A DNA stretch of 64,000 nucleotides from positions 19,343,905-19,407,904 of the forward strand of contig NC_057718.1 in the NCBI RefSeq assembly GCF_004010195.1. The letters are read 5' to 3'. Position numbers and translations under genes: made by a program. Under the pieces are notes generated by a model, which was not told where the DNA came from, ran no database searches, and worked only from the letters and a program-made list of their open reading frames with translations. Origin of the DNA: Chiloscyllium plagiosum. Taxonomy: Eukaryota. Below are positions 26,270-38,699 of the stretch, in pieces (the first letter of the stretch is position 1; each line of letters opens with the position of its first letter).

Positions 26270-27590
26270 AGCTCAATAACTTGATTGAGGTTTTTGGAGG
26301 AAGTAACCAAGAAGATTGATGAAGACAGAGAGACAGACATTGTTCGTTTGGACTTTAGTAAAGCCTTTGGCAAGGCTCCACATGGTGAACTAATTAATAA
26401 AGTTAGATCACATGGGATTAAGGGTGAGCTTGTCAATTGGATACAAAATTGGCTTAAAGACAGGAGCCAGAGAGTGATAATGGAGGATTGTTTTTCAGTC
26501 TGGAGGCCTGTGACCAGCAGTGCTCCACAGGGATTGGTCTGGGTCCACTTTTGTTTGCCATTTATATCAATGATTTAGATGAGAATCTAGAAAGCATGAT
26601 TAATAAATTTGCGGATAACACCAGGATTGGTGGTTTTGTGGACAGTGACGAAGGTTATCTAAGATTACAAATAGATCTTGATCAATTGGGACAATGAGCC
26701 ATGGAGTGGCAGATGGAGCTAGATATTGCATTTTGATACAACAAACAGTGGCAAGACTTATACAATTAAAAGCTGAGGCTTGGGCACTGTTATAGAACAG
26801 AGATACCTCAGGATTCAGGTACATAATTCTTTGAAGTTTATATCAAACCACCTGATGAAGGAGCAGCGCTCCGAAAGCTAGTGCTTCCAATTAAACCTGT
26901 TGGACTATAACCTGGTGTTGTGTGATTTTTAACTTTATATCAAATATAGATAGTGTGGTTAAGAAGGCATTTAGCATGCTTGCCTTCATTGCTCAGACAT
27001 ATAATCATAGGAATTGTGGCGTTATGTTGAGGTTGTACAGGATGTTGGTGGGGTCTCTTCTGAAGTACTATGTCCAATTCTACTTCGCCCTGCTATTGGA
27101 AGAATATTATTAAGCTGGAGAGGGTTCAGAAGATATTTACCAGGATGTTACTGGGAATGTAAGGTTTGAGTTATAAGGAGAATCTGGATAGGCTGGGATG
27201 TTTCTCACTGGAGCATAGGAGGTTGAGAGGTGACCTTATAGAGGTTTATTAAATCATGAGGGCTATAGATAAGGTGAATGGCAGATGTCTTTTCCCTAGG
27301 GTGGGGATTTCAAGAGTAAGGGGCATATTTTTAAGGAGAGAGGAGAAAGATTTAAAAAAGACATGAGGGACAATTATTTTACATGGAAGGTGGTTTGTGT
27401 GTGGAATAAACTTGCAGAGGAAGTGGTAGATGTAGGTATAGTTACAACATTTGAAAGACATTTAGATACGTACACTGATAAGAAATGTTTGGAGGGATAT
27501 GGGTCAAGCACAGGCAGGTGGGACTATTTAGTTTGGGATTATGGACTGGTTGGACCGAAGGGTCTATTTCCGTGTGATATGACTCTATGA
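26270..27590 (+). mobile_element. CR1 LINE RT and 3' fragment
   Basis: FLEEVTKKIDE...[31 protein letters not shown]; tail atgactctatga. Confidence 0.92.
26848..26933 (+). mobile_element. 86-bp solo PLE-type terminus, family C, with 11-bp TSD, nested in CR1
   Basis: TTTATATCAAA at 26837-26847 and 26934-26944; insert starts CCACCTGATGAAGGAGCAGCGCTCCGAAAGC. Confidence 0.9.
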
Positions 27591-28352
27591 TTGTTTAAGG
27601 AAAAATGCCAGGACATCGGAATATTGTTCGAGACACAACATTGTTTTTGACAAAATTGAAGGACCTTTGCGGCAGGGGTACAGACCAACGAAAATTGTTT
27701 TTGCCCAGTTTTTGGGCCTACTAATTGGGCAAAGTGGGAACAGCCGCAAATGCACGCAGCAGTCAGCAAAAAGGCAAATGAGTGCTTCATCACTTAGCCC
27801 TCTCTTTAATGGTCAAACTGAAGGAGATGTTGAGTGAAGCTTGTCTTTGTTTCGGTCACTCGGAGATACCAATACTTTACGCTTTGTTTACAGAGTGCTT
27901 CTTCCAGCACACAACTGCACGTATGAACCTTTTGCTGCACAGTGGGTACAGGTGCCATTACAGCAGATGACAATGTTTGGTGTGTGAGGGAATCGCGGTG
28001 GGGGGGGGGGGAACCGCAAATTTCTTTGTAGGTGCTCTGCCTGCAAACTGACACCTTTGATCTTCCACGTTTTGTAAGCAAAACAGCAATATAAGATTGA
28101 AGAGTTGCAGTAGACAAGTGGCTACTCAAACCCACTTTGTCTTCAATACGGGCTTGGCAGATCTTCCACATTCCAATCTTTATCTTATTTCCATCAATCC
28201 ATTTAGTGCCCAGCATCTGTCGCCCTCAGTCTTGAGCGTGCTCAATGACTGAGCATCCACAGCCCTTCAGAGTAGAGTTCTAAAAGATTTATAAACGTTC
28301 CAGTGAAGACACTTCTCCTCAGGACGGACCTAAATAGCCAATACCTCGTTGC

Positions 28353-28435
28353 GAAACAAAGTCAGAAATTGCTGGAGAAACTCAACAGGTCTGGCAGCAT
28401 GAGGAGAGAAAACAGTCAAAATTTCAGGTTCAGTA
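28353..28435 (-). mobile_element. PLE-type terminal repeat, family B fragment
   Basis: cagaaattgctggagaaactcaacaggtctggcagcat, the reverse complement of the 21340-21390 type. Confidence 0.7.
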
Positions 28436-28822
28436 ATGTTTATCTGTGAGACTAACCCCGTGACCTTACATGGCCCTGCAGGGGAAAGCCCTGTGTCAGT
28501 CCACAATAAACATCATAAATGCTTAGCTCCAAATAAAATTCAAGTTGCAAAGTCTTCCAGTTCCAGCACTTTCACTGATATAGGGGTAATACAGTTAGGA
28601 ATGAGACTGGGAAGGAAGTGAGAAAAACACATTTCTGAGACCAACATTTGACATGAATGTCTTGCACCTTTTAAGTTCAAGTTGAACTGAGGGATTCTTC
28701 AGCTTGTTGCCAAGGACAGGAAGAGGAAGTGACATTATTCAGGAGGTCATAGGTTACCAACTGGATGTGTCCCCCCTCCCCGGCATTCATGACCAGTGGA
28801 GCAATACCTCAGAGTAAGAGGT

Positions 28823-29147
28823 TTAGATTGGATTAGATTACTTTACAGTGTGGAAACAGGCCCTTCGGCCCAACAGGTCCACACCGACCCGCCGAAGCGC
28901 ACCCACCCAGACCCATTTCCCTACATTTACCCCTGCACCTAACACTGCAGGCAATTTAGCGTAGGCCAATTCACCTAATCTGCACATTTTTGGAGTGTGG
29001 GAGGAAACCGGAGCACCCGGAGGAAACCCACGCAGACACGGGGAGAATGTGCAAACTCCACACAGTCAGTCGCCTGAGGCGAGAATTGAACCCGGGTCTG
29101 TGGCACTGTGAGGCAGCAGTGCTAACCACTGTGCCACCGTGCCGCCC
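28823..29147 (-). mobile_element. HE1-like V-SINE, full length, young
   Basis: GGGCGGCACGGTGGCACAGTGGTTAGCACTGCTGCC head to (AATCT)n tail on the minus strand. Confidence 0.93.
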
Positions 29148-30334
29148 ACATTGGTATCGGTGAGAAATTCCACAGTCCCCTGAAAATCTGTGGGTCAACA
29201 AATATCCCTAACACTGACTGGAGGTCAGACCCTGATAGCCATATGGCCAACAGGTTAAAAAGAATTAACTCAAACAGGGTCATCTGTGCACGGCTCCCAG
29301 CTCTCAGTTAAAAGGTAACGAGAGTGCTCCTCGCACATTGTCATCTGAGAGTTTGCAAAGTGGGATATGTTGGAACCTGAAGCATGACAATTGTTGCACT
29401 GTGGTTTGTGAGGGGAACAAGAGTATATTTTTGGTTCAAACCAAAATTGTTTCACGTCACTTTGTTTAACCTCCCAGCTTCTCCTCAGAAAGATGGCTTT
29501 GGGAAGCGTGGCATATCCGTGATTGTGCCCTGGGTACAGGTTTCAACGGCCTTGGTCTGAAGGCACTACGCAGAGAAAATGTGAGGCATTCGCCACCAAA
29601 GCGAGAAGCAAAGCTGTACTCAGTGGAGCCAATGTCCTTCACTCCAGCAGCCTGTATCATTCAGGCAAACGATCCAACACTAAAGCTGACACGCGCTTTC
29701 CCACTGGGAACACCAGCAGCCAAGGAAAACATCACTACACTCCCCATTAGACATTTTCACCCCTGGTTACATTACCTCAAGTGATTCTGATGCAGTGCTA
29801 ATTTGCCGAACCCAAACGTATTTTTACTTTCATTTGACCAACTCCAGAACAAATATTTACAGTACACGCTCACTGGGTAACTGCACTGTTAATAATATGA
29901 TTCCTCCCGATATGCATCTACGAGAATAACATTCAAGATCAGATCAGCGCCAAAATACTGCTGAGGCTGGATTGAATGATGTAAGTTCAACAAGCAAATT
30001 GGATGAGCTTTTTGGTGGAAATGTTTATTGTGCAACAAATGTAACAGAGATGACGGACAGGTCCACCCGCCCCATCACAGTGTCCGGCTGGAGCACCGAG
30101 AGTTTACTTGTAACCAAGTACTTATGAGCTACAGATAGCCCCGAAAAGAAGGACACCAAATGGCTGCAGCTTGCAAATTGTTACCTTCCACGTTGGTTCA
30201 TGTGTGGAGTAGGGAGCTCCTCTGACTAACAGAAAGATACTTTGTTCTGTAATGCCAGCTGATAACCCACAAACAACCAACCCCTGCAAGCAGACTATCT
30301 GAGTCTTACACAGGCTCTGTACACTTTGAGGAGC

Positions 30335-30860
30335 TGGTGGCATGTTGGTAATACTGCCACACCCAGAGGCCCAGCTGATCAATACTCCGGGACACCTGGT
30401 TCAAATCCAGCCACAGCAGGTGGGGGCATTATAGTCATACAGCTCTACAGCACGGAAACAGACCCTTCGGTCCAACTTGTCCATGCCAGCCCGATATCCT
30501 AAATTAATCTAGTCCCATTGACCAGCATTTGGCCCATATCCCTTTAAACCCTTCCTCTTCATATACCCATCCAGATGCCTTTTAAATGTTGCAATTGTTC
30601 CAGCCTCCACCTCTTCCTCTGGCAGCTCACTCCAGACACGCGCCATCCTCTGTGTGAAAAAGTTGCCCCTTAGGTCCCTTTTATATCGTTCCCCTCTCAC
30701 CTTAAACCTATTAAAAGCAAGTCTATATGTGAGTCCAGCCCCACAGCAATGTGGTCGATTCTTCACCGCCCTCTGAAATGGCCCATGAAGCTGCTTGCTG
30801 TAAGGACAATATGGAATTGCTGCAGTTTACTCAACAAATTCTTGCCAAAAATGTCCACAA
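30335..30860 (+). mobile_element. Second SINE family copy interrupted by a minus-strand CR1 3' fragment (about 30432-30710)
   Basis: Head ...ggttcaaatccagccacagcagg... resumes after the insert with ...gagtccagccccacagcaatgtgg...; the insert reads RFKVRGERYKRDLRGNFFTQR. Confidence 0.7.
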
Positions 30861-31504
30861 AAATACCGAAGAGTAGAAATTTCACCTATCTCCTCTCCTA
30901 ATGTCTGTGTGTATTTAATAGGAAAGAAAACAGGTTCACTTCGAACATTTCAGGTGGGCCACCCGTTGATGACATTGCCCATACACCATGAAGGCTGGTG
31001 ACATGATTGGCCGAGTGTGACAACTATAGGATTACACTGAGGCTGCAGAAAGAGGTAGTGATGGGTTGGATTTAACATGCCCCCACAACTGGGATGGACG
31101 GGGGGGGGGGTTGCATGTTAAATGCAGTGCATGCTACCTGTCCACCCATCCATGCCCCTCCCTGCTACAATTTTACTGACAGCAGAGTGAGCATTAGATA
31201 GCCCATGGACTAGTGAACCAATTGAGGCTCCTAAATGCACAACTAGAGCAGTCATTATCGCCACCACTCGGATTAGGCTGGTGGCAGGACAGAGCTATAT
31301 CATTCATTCAACACAGCAGCTCCCCCCTGCTGTGGGCTGGGCAAAGGGGCCCACATCCCTTTATTGGCTTCCTGAGCCCACTGGATTGCCTCCATCCTAG
31401 GTTCCTTCCATAACCACTTTCCTAACTTTTTTAACCCCTCCGCCCCCTTCCATCAAACCACACTCCAAAAGGTGAAAGGATTTCCCAAAGGATTGGTACA
31501 GGCG

Positions 31505-32228
31505 ATGGCCTGTGACACTATCGCTAGGCTTGTCATCCAGAGAGACGGGTAATATTCTGGAGACTTAGGTTTGAATCACACCACGGCAGGTGGTGAAATT
31601 TGAAGTCAATTAAAAAAAATTTTGAAGCTAATTTCATCCAATGACGACCCATGAAAGACCCATGTGGGCGGCACGATGGCTCACTGCTGCCTCACAGCAC
31701 CAGGGTCCCAGGTTCATTTCCAGCCTTGGCCGACTGTCTGTGTGGAGTTTGCACGTTCTCCCCGTGTCTGCTTGGGTTTCCTCTGGGTGCTCCGTTTTCC
31801 TCCCACAGTCTAAAGATGTGCAGGTCAGGTGAATTGGCCATGCTAAATTGCCCATAGTGTTAGGTGCATTAGTCAAAGGGAAATGGGTCTGGGTGGGTTA
31901 CTCTTCGGAGGGTCAGTGTGGACTTGTTGGGCTGAAGGGCCTTTTTCCACTCTGTAGGGAATCTAATCTAATCATTGTACAATCCCATCTGTTTCATTCA
32001 TGCGCTTTAGTGACTTCAGTTTGTAAGTCCCTTCAGGGAAGGAGCATGCTGTCCTTATCTGGTCTGGCCGACATGTAACTCCCAGACCCACAATAATGTC
32101 ATTGAATCTTAACTATCCTCTGAAATGGGCTAGCAAGCTACTAGGTTCCAACTGAGGGCAACTAGGGATGGGTAATAAATGCTAGCCCAGATAGTGGCGC
32201 CCACATCCCATGAACGAATAATAAAAAC
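31505..32228 (+). mobile_element. Second SINE family copy (LINE-shared tail) interrupted by an HE1 SINE
   Basis: Head ggtttgaatcacaccacggcaggtggtgaaatttgaa, body ccttcagggaagg...tggtctggcc, tail gggatgggtaataaatgct...cccacatcccatga. Confidence 0.7.
31665..31973 (+). mobile_element. HE1-like V-SINE
   Basis: Nearly identical in layout to 3719-4035; small deletion in the A-box region. Confidence 0.9.
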
Positions 32229-33917
32229 ATTATGTATCAGTTGTTTCTCAAACACACACTGATCAAACAATACCACCTGTTCAAAGAACTGATGGAAGAA
32301 AATAACTTGAAGGATATCAAGATTAGTAATAATTCTTTGTCAAGAGCACAGTTTTAATAGATACTGACGTTAATGCACAACTTTTCTATATAGTACTTTT
32401 AATACAATAGAAGATCTAAAGTTGTTTCACACAAACAATAATAAACAAAATTTGACATGAAGAGCTATTTAGACAGATAAGAGCAAAGTAGCAAAGGTTA
32501 TCTTAACGAGGGAAGTGAGGAGGTGAAGGAGTTTAAAGAGGGAATTCCAGAACTCAGGCAGCTAAAGGTTTAGCCATCAGTGGTGCAGTGATTAAAACCA
32601 GGAATATTCAAGAGATCAGTATCGGAATAGTGCAGATATCTCAGAGATCTACAGGACTTGGACAGAATACAGAGATAGGAGAGACAACCTCCCAAAAAGA
32701 TCTCAAATTAAAGAGGACAACAATGTAGGTTAGTAAGCACAAGGGTGATTGGGTGAATGAGACTTGCAGACGATGAGACACCGACTAGGAGTGTGTCAAA
32801 TTGGTCAATTCTAGAGTTAACAAAGGCACAAGTGAGGGTTTCAGCAATGGATGAACTGAGACAAGGGCCCTGTCAGCTGATGTTATTGAAGTGGAAATAG
32901 GCTGCTTCATGATGGAGGAAGATGGAGTCAAAAACTCACCTTATTGTCTAAGATGAACCCAAGGTTGTGACCCGTCTGATCTATCCTCAAACACTTAGTA
33001 AGGAGAAGGATGAATTTGAATAGAATTTGGAGATAGTCCAAAGTCATTGGCTTTGGTATTCCAATAATAAACAGGAGGAACTAACTGCTCATCCAGTGTT
33101 GAATGTTGGATACACAATCTGGCAATTTAAAGACAGTGGAAGGGTCAAAGGCCATAGTGGGAAGATTGAAATGAGCTTCATTACTGATGCTGCAACTTTC
33201 AGATGGTGTTGAAGGGCCACATATAGTTGAGAAATTAGCTGTCTAGGCTCCACAAATAATGTGGTAAACAGAACAAGACTCCAAGCCCTCCAAGTCAAAC
33301 AGCAGTTGCCTCTGCAATCTGTGTAATATTTCACTAGGCACAAGCTGTAACGTCCAACAATAACTCTGTGCCTACAATGTTCTGGTCACAGCTGTCTCCA
33401 GTTTTAATTTTACTGGACAAGAGTCATTTGCAAACACCTAAATACAGAAGGAACCTTTGTAAGACTCAATCTAATCTTTAAATAAACATTGCTGAGGATG
33501 TTTAATAGGAAACTAAATCCACTGTACTAATTTAATTACTTTAGTAATCCTGTTTCCAAATATAGAGTCAGACTTGCTTTAAACATCCTTCACCTGTTTA
33601 GCTGCAGAGAGACAATAATGAAAGCTGGAACACTCAGATTCGCTTTAAAAGCCAACAGACTATTTTTAGCATTATTTTAATTGTTAAAAATTCACATAGC
33701 AAGGGCTACTATAAAATTTCATAAGACAGTTAAAAAGTAACCCTTTCTTCACTTTTACTCACAGCTTCAGTTTCTTAGGAGTCTCCATCATCTGTACTTG
33801 CAATAATAATTGGGAGAGAGTGAAAAGTCACGTCCATTACTGTAGATTAGTTCTGACAAAATGACACACCCAGAGTTCATTTGCAAGCCAATTGATGTTG
33901 GCACTATCACAAGTCAT

Positions 33918-34230
33918 AATGTTAAAAATCACACAACACCAGGTTATAGTCCAACAGGTTTGTTTGAAAGCACCAGCTTTCGGAGCACTGCTCCTTCATC
34001 AGGTAGTTATCGAGGATAATATCATAAGACACAGAATTTATAGCAAAAGTTTAGTGTGATACAACTGAAATTATACATGCTGTGTCCTATGATCTTACAC
34101 TCTACAACCACCTGATGAAGGAGCTGTGCTCCGAAAGCTAGTGCTTCCAAATAGAAGTGTTGGACTATAACCTGGTGTTGTGTGATTTTTAACTTTTCAA
34201 CCCCAGTCGAACCCTGGCACTTTCACATCA
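33918..34230. mobile_element. PLE-type hairpin element, family C, with spacer
   Basis: Inverted arms gttaaaaatcacacaacaccaggttatagtccaaca...cttcatcaggt / acctgatgaaggagc...tgtgatttttaac; tail on the right. Confidence 0.88.
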
Positions 34231-34439
34231 TAAAACACAATTGTTTTGCTTGAACTTTGCCGATGTAGTTCATTGCTTTCTGAACGTCCCATTTTCAGTA
34301 ACAAACCTTGTTCAAGTCACTCTCCTTTTATAATGTGACATGAATTTCATCTATTTACTACTTTCAGAAGACTGAATCATTTCATTATATGCCCAAAATA
34401 CTAGCAATGGGGGAGGGAGAATTGTTTTGAAGAAGTGAT

Positions 34440-35060
34440 CAGAACATTGAGTAGACGAGTGGGATGTCACGTTGCAGATGTATTCTAAAAGTGAGGCCAC
34501 TGGCGGAAGCTGTAATGTCTAATGGTAACCTCATTCTTAAGATATCCTACAATGTTCTGGTCACAGATGTCTTGCATTCTGGTCATCTTTCCACAGAAAG
34601 AAATGTTGTCAAACTTGAGAGGATGTTGAAAAAAATTTATAAGGATGTTGCTGACTGGACAGTTCATTTTGCAGGGAAAGGCTGAAGAGGCTGGGGGTGT
34701 TTTCCCTGGAGTGCAGAGGCTGAGGGGTAACCTTATAAAAGGTGAATAGCCAAGGTCTTTTTACCACAGTGGGGGAGTCCAAAACTGGAGGCCGTAGGTT
34801 TAAGGTGAGAGGGGAAAAATTTAAAAAGGACCTGAAGGGTAGCTTTTTCATGCAGAGGGTGGTGTGTGTATGGAACAACTGCCAGAGGGAGTGGGGGAGG
34901 CTGGTACAACATTTAAAAGGCATCTGGATGGGTACATGGATAGGAAGGGTTTAGATAGATAGAGGGCAAATGCTGGCAAATGGGACTAGGTCAGATTGGG
35001 ATGTCTGGTCAACTTGGAATGTAGGGTGTGTTTCATTGTTGTATAGCTCAATGACTCTAA
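34440..35060 (+). mobile_element. CR1 LINE 3' fragment
   Basis: GLFTTVGESKTGGRRFKVRGEKFKKDLKGSFFMQRVV. Confidence 0.88.
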
Positions 35061-36008
35061 GTGAAAACAGGGCTTACAGCAGCTTGTGGAATTGGTGGTG
35101 GTGGTCAGTTAGCTCAGTTCATTAGAGAGCTAGAATGTGATGAAGAATGATATAACAGCATGTGCTCACTCCCTGTAACAACCCTGGTCTGTCACAGTTG
35201 TGCCTCCTCCTTTTATCGCAGGTTTGTAGATTGGTGCCCTCAAGCTATCCATATCTAATTAGCTCTCTCTAATGGACGGGATACATACGGCCCTATGTCA
35301 ACTGTGAGTAAATATTTAAATTATTGGTTTTCACCTAAGCAAAATGACTGGCTTTAATGCATTCATTGAAAATTACCTAAAATGCAATCATATCCCGCAA
35401 TTCATGCCATCCAGCACAATTCTGCTTTGTGGAAAAAGTTTAAATGCTGTGAGAATAAAATTAAATATTGGGGAATTAGCCCAAAGGAAGGAATTTGGTT
35501 GAATCTTTTAACCCAGTGGGCAATGGATTTGTTGAATAAGTTACCAGGTGTGACCATTGAAGCGCTTGAAATTAAGAAATATTTGGGGGTATTTCTAAGG
35601 AATTTGAATTGAGGAATATGGTGGGAGGCAGATGAATGCTTGATCTCAAAGTTTACGTTCAAAAGCGAGTTTCCTCATTCCAATAGCTTTTCTCCATTTC
35701 TGACAGTTTGTAAATTTCACATTATCACCCGATCATATTCCTCTCTGGTCGAGTCGGAATGTTCACAGAAATGAAATTTTCAGGAGTGGTCTAAACTAAA
35801 GCTTGATAATACAAGTCACCAAGATTAAGCTTCTTTATTTAGTTGATTGATGTTCCAACACAAAGGAACAAATAACTATGGCTTCTGCTAACGTAACTCT
35901 GGCACAGATAAGCAGAAATCCCAGTGTATCTGGAGGCTCCTGCAGAAAGTTATGATGGTTGGTCGGGAGGAGCCCCGAGTTAATCCCAGCGACTCGTGTT
36001 TACTGTAC

Positions 36009-36107
36009 CTGCGACTTGAGTAGATGCAATGAAATGGGTCAGACTGGAGGTAGACACATCTGGGGCAATGTGGACCGGGTTCGGAGGTGAGGTTTTTTCC
36101 ACCACTG
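36009..36107 (-). CDS. LTBP1: LTBP1-like hinge exon, 99 nt (96 nt with the distal NAGNAG acceptor), phase 1-1
   Basis: tattttataacag|CAGTGGTGGAA...GTCGCAG|gtacag; encodes AVVEKTSPPNPVHIAPDVSTSSLTHFIASTQVA(E). Confidence 0.92.
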
Positions 36108-36255
36108 CTGTTATAAAATAAGAACAAAATAAAATCTACAGGTCAGAATGCAAAGTAGTGTAGCAGTTCATTTTCACCTTTAATTAAATGTAGCTTAACT
36201 TCGCCAAGGGCAGCAGACTCAGCACGGGCAGGAGAGTTCAAACACGTTCTCACAG

Positions 36256-36511
36256 GTTAGGGTGAAGGTCACAGTCAGAGTTAGGATTGGGCACAGGGTT
36301 AGGCACAGGGTTGGGGACATGGACAAGGTCTGGGTTTGAATTAGAGTTCAGAGTTAGAGTTAGATTCAGGCATAGTGTTAGGGCTAGGTGTGGTAGAGTT
36401 CAGAGTTAAGAGTTAGATTCAGGGATAGTGTTGGGGCTAGGTGTGGTAGAGTTCAGAGTTCGAGTTAGATTCAGGGATAGTGTTGGGGCTAGGTGTGATG
36501 GTGAGGGTTAT
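36256..36511 (+). repeat. Degenerate telomere-like hexamer tract with 3 x 52-53 bp higher-order repeat
   Basis: ggttag/agttag/ggctag-type hexamers; units start at 36343, 36395 and 36448. Confidence 0.85.
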
Positions 36512-36644
36512 TTTAAGATGGTCACCCCAACAATCAATCCTTGTGGATGACAAAAGAAAACCGTTGCAGGGAAAGAGGCCTTTTTACAATGTGCACCCAA
36601 ACAGGATTCTCCTAAGGCTAGGTCTCAGCCAGGAACGGGAGCTG

Positions 36645-37035
36645 CTTCATCATGGTATATGTTGCTGGATTAATAATCCAGAGGCCTGGATGAATACTCT
36701 AGTGCCCTGAGTTCAAATGCTACCATAGCAGCTGCTTCATAAATGTGGAATTAAAAAGCTGGTCTCAGAAACATCATGAAACTGGCCGATTGTTATTAAA
36801 AATCCTACTGATCTACTCATTGGGGAGGGAAATCTGCTGTCCTTATCCAGTCTGGCCTACACAAGTCTCCAGAGCTTGCATTATACGTGTGGCTCTGATT
36901 GAAATGGCATTCCACGGTAACAAACTGCTTGCAGTCTGGGTTCACCTGGACTAGAGCAGTTTGAGAGGGCAGCTCACCAGCACTTTCTCAGGGGAAATTA
37001 GGAATGGGCAACAAACACTGGGCACATCCCAAGCA
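36645..37035 (+). mobile_element. Second SINE family copy, degenerate
   Basis: gagttcaaatgctaccatagcagc head, gaaatctgctgtccttatccagtctggcc body, ggaatgggcaacaaacactgg tail. Confidence 0.6.
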
Positions 37036-37405
37036 GAAACTAGTGTGTTAACAGCACCCACTCTGCCTCGGCCTTGCTGTTGTCCCAGAACAAATATGTG
37101 AGAGGAGACTTTGGGAAAGAGTGGAGGCAAGGAACTCCCACGTTCAACTTGTCCTATTAAAATTTAGCAATTTGTTGAACTAACATCTCAATCAAATTCC
37201 ATTGTAGAACTGCAAGTAATGTTCATCACCCTGATGACGCTCCAAATACAGATCAGCAAATGATAAAGACAACAATCAACAGCTAAAAGCATCAAACAGA
37301 ACAACTGCAATATCCACTGTGGCTACAGCTGCAAAAAGAGTGGGGTTGGGGAGAGAACAGAATCAATGCAAAGTGATAGTTGGTCGTGATATAAAGAGAA
37401 CATAC

Positions 37406-37496
37406 CAGGGTAGCCCGAGTTGATCTGGATGGTGGTAATGCTGGGCGATAGCTGGGGCAGGCCAGATTCCACAACACGCTCATCTTTTACAAGTTC
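37406..37496 (-). CDS. LTBP1: LTBP1-like hinge exon, 91 nt, phase 0-1
   Basis: ttttcattaaatttag|GAACTT...TACCCTG|gtatgt; encodes ELVKDERVVESGLPQLSPSITTIQINSGYP. Confidence 0.88.
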
Positions 37497-37729
37497 CTAA
37501 ATTTAATGAAAAGATGATGTTATGTTTCAATTTAAGGGCATTTTGATGAAAGGTTAGTTTCAAAGACTCGGCATTTTTAGAAGAAAGCGTAAGAACGCAC
37601 TTTCCAGTGATTACTACATCTGAAAAAAAACACTCTTAAGGTCAGGCACTACCACATTTAAATGCTACTTGCATGACCTGATCTGTTTATTGTATTTTTT
37701 GGATTCCTCAGATTGTGACATTCACAACT

Positions 37730-38160
37730 CCTTTGGTTTTCTCCTCCTCTCCTCCTCTTTCCCCTTCCTTTCAGAATTGTCTACCCCTCACCCTACTTCA
37801 CTGCTCTGAATCCTGCATTACACTTCTGTTTCTCTCTTCCTCCAAATATCTCCTCCCTTCCTGAACAGCTGCCTTGTTATCCTCCACTTCTGTCTTCCTT
37901 TCAGCCAAACTTTCTATTTCTAATCTTGATTTCTTCTTCATTTTGATCTTGTTTTTCCTTCCCTCATGTCTGTCTCTCTCTTTCTCTCCTTCTCCCCTCT
38001 TCTCCCCTTTTACTCTCTTTTCCCTCCTGCACTTTGGGGTCTCTTCTTCCTTTACTTTGAGCTCTCTCCTCCTTTCAGGAATCCCTCTATCTCTTCTTCA
38101 GTACTCCCTCTATCCCTTCCTTAATTCCTACCTCTCTCCTGCCTCTTTACTCTCTTTCTG
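37730..38160 (+). repeat. Long polypyrimidine/polypurine low-complexity tract
   Basis: About 430 bp strongly C/T-rich on the plus strand. Confidence 0.85.
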
Positions 38161-38498
38161 GAAGGGGTGAGGGTTTTGTAAACTGTAGAATGCACAATCA
38201 TCACTTGCAGGGTTTGTAGTTAAGTTTGGTTTGGATATTTCAATCCAACAATCCAGAGTTTATCAAATTAACACTCCGGCACTGGTTCAAGGTATGCCAC
38301 TGTGTTTTTATTAAATGGAATTGGACACTGGCAGGATAGCAATAAATGATCATAACCTGTGGGATTCATGAGCAAACCAGAAAGCAGTTCAAATACTTGT
38401 CAGCTTTTACTAACTAAACTAACAGTGACAGTTGCTTTTCTTTAAGTTATAGAGGTTATTATTAAACTGGCATCCGAAGTTTATAGCGTGTTATGTCT

Positions 38499-38699
38499 AG
38501 GAGAAAGTGAGGACTGCAAATGCTGGACATAACAAGTTCAAGTATGTGGCTCTGGAAAAAGCACAACAGGTCAGGCAGCATTCGAGGAGCAGGAGAGTTG
38601 ACATTTCAGGCGTAAGCCCTTCATCAGGAAATGTCAATTCTCCTGCTCCTCGGATGCTACCTGACCTGCTGTGCTTTTCCAGCGCCACATATTTGAGCT
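38499..38699. mobile_element. PLE-terminus hairpin element, family A, with 10-bp TSD
   Basis: TGTTATGTCT at 38489-38498 and 38700-38709; inverted arms; minus-strand CTGATGAAGGGCTTACGCCTGAAA. Confidence 0.88.

Noticed and set aside
37874..38170. Hydrophobic Leu/Ser/Phe-rich ORF resembling a membrane protein
   Set aside because: Artefact of the C/T-rich low-complexity tract.
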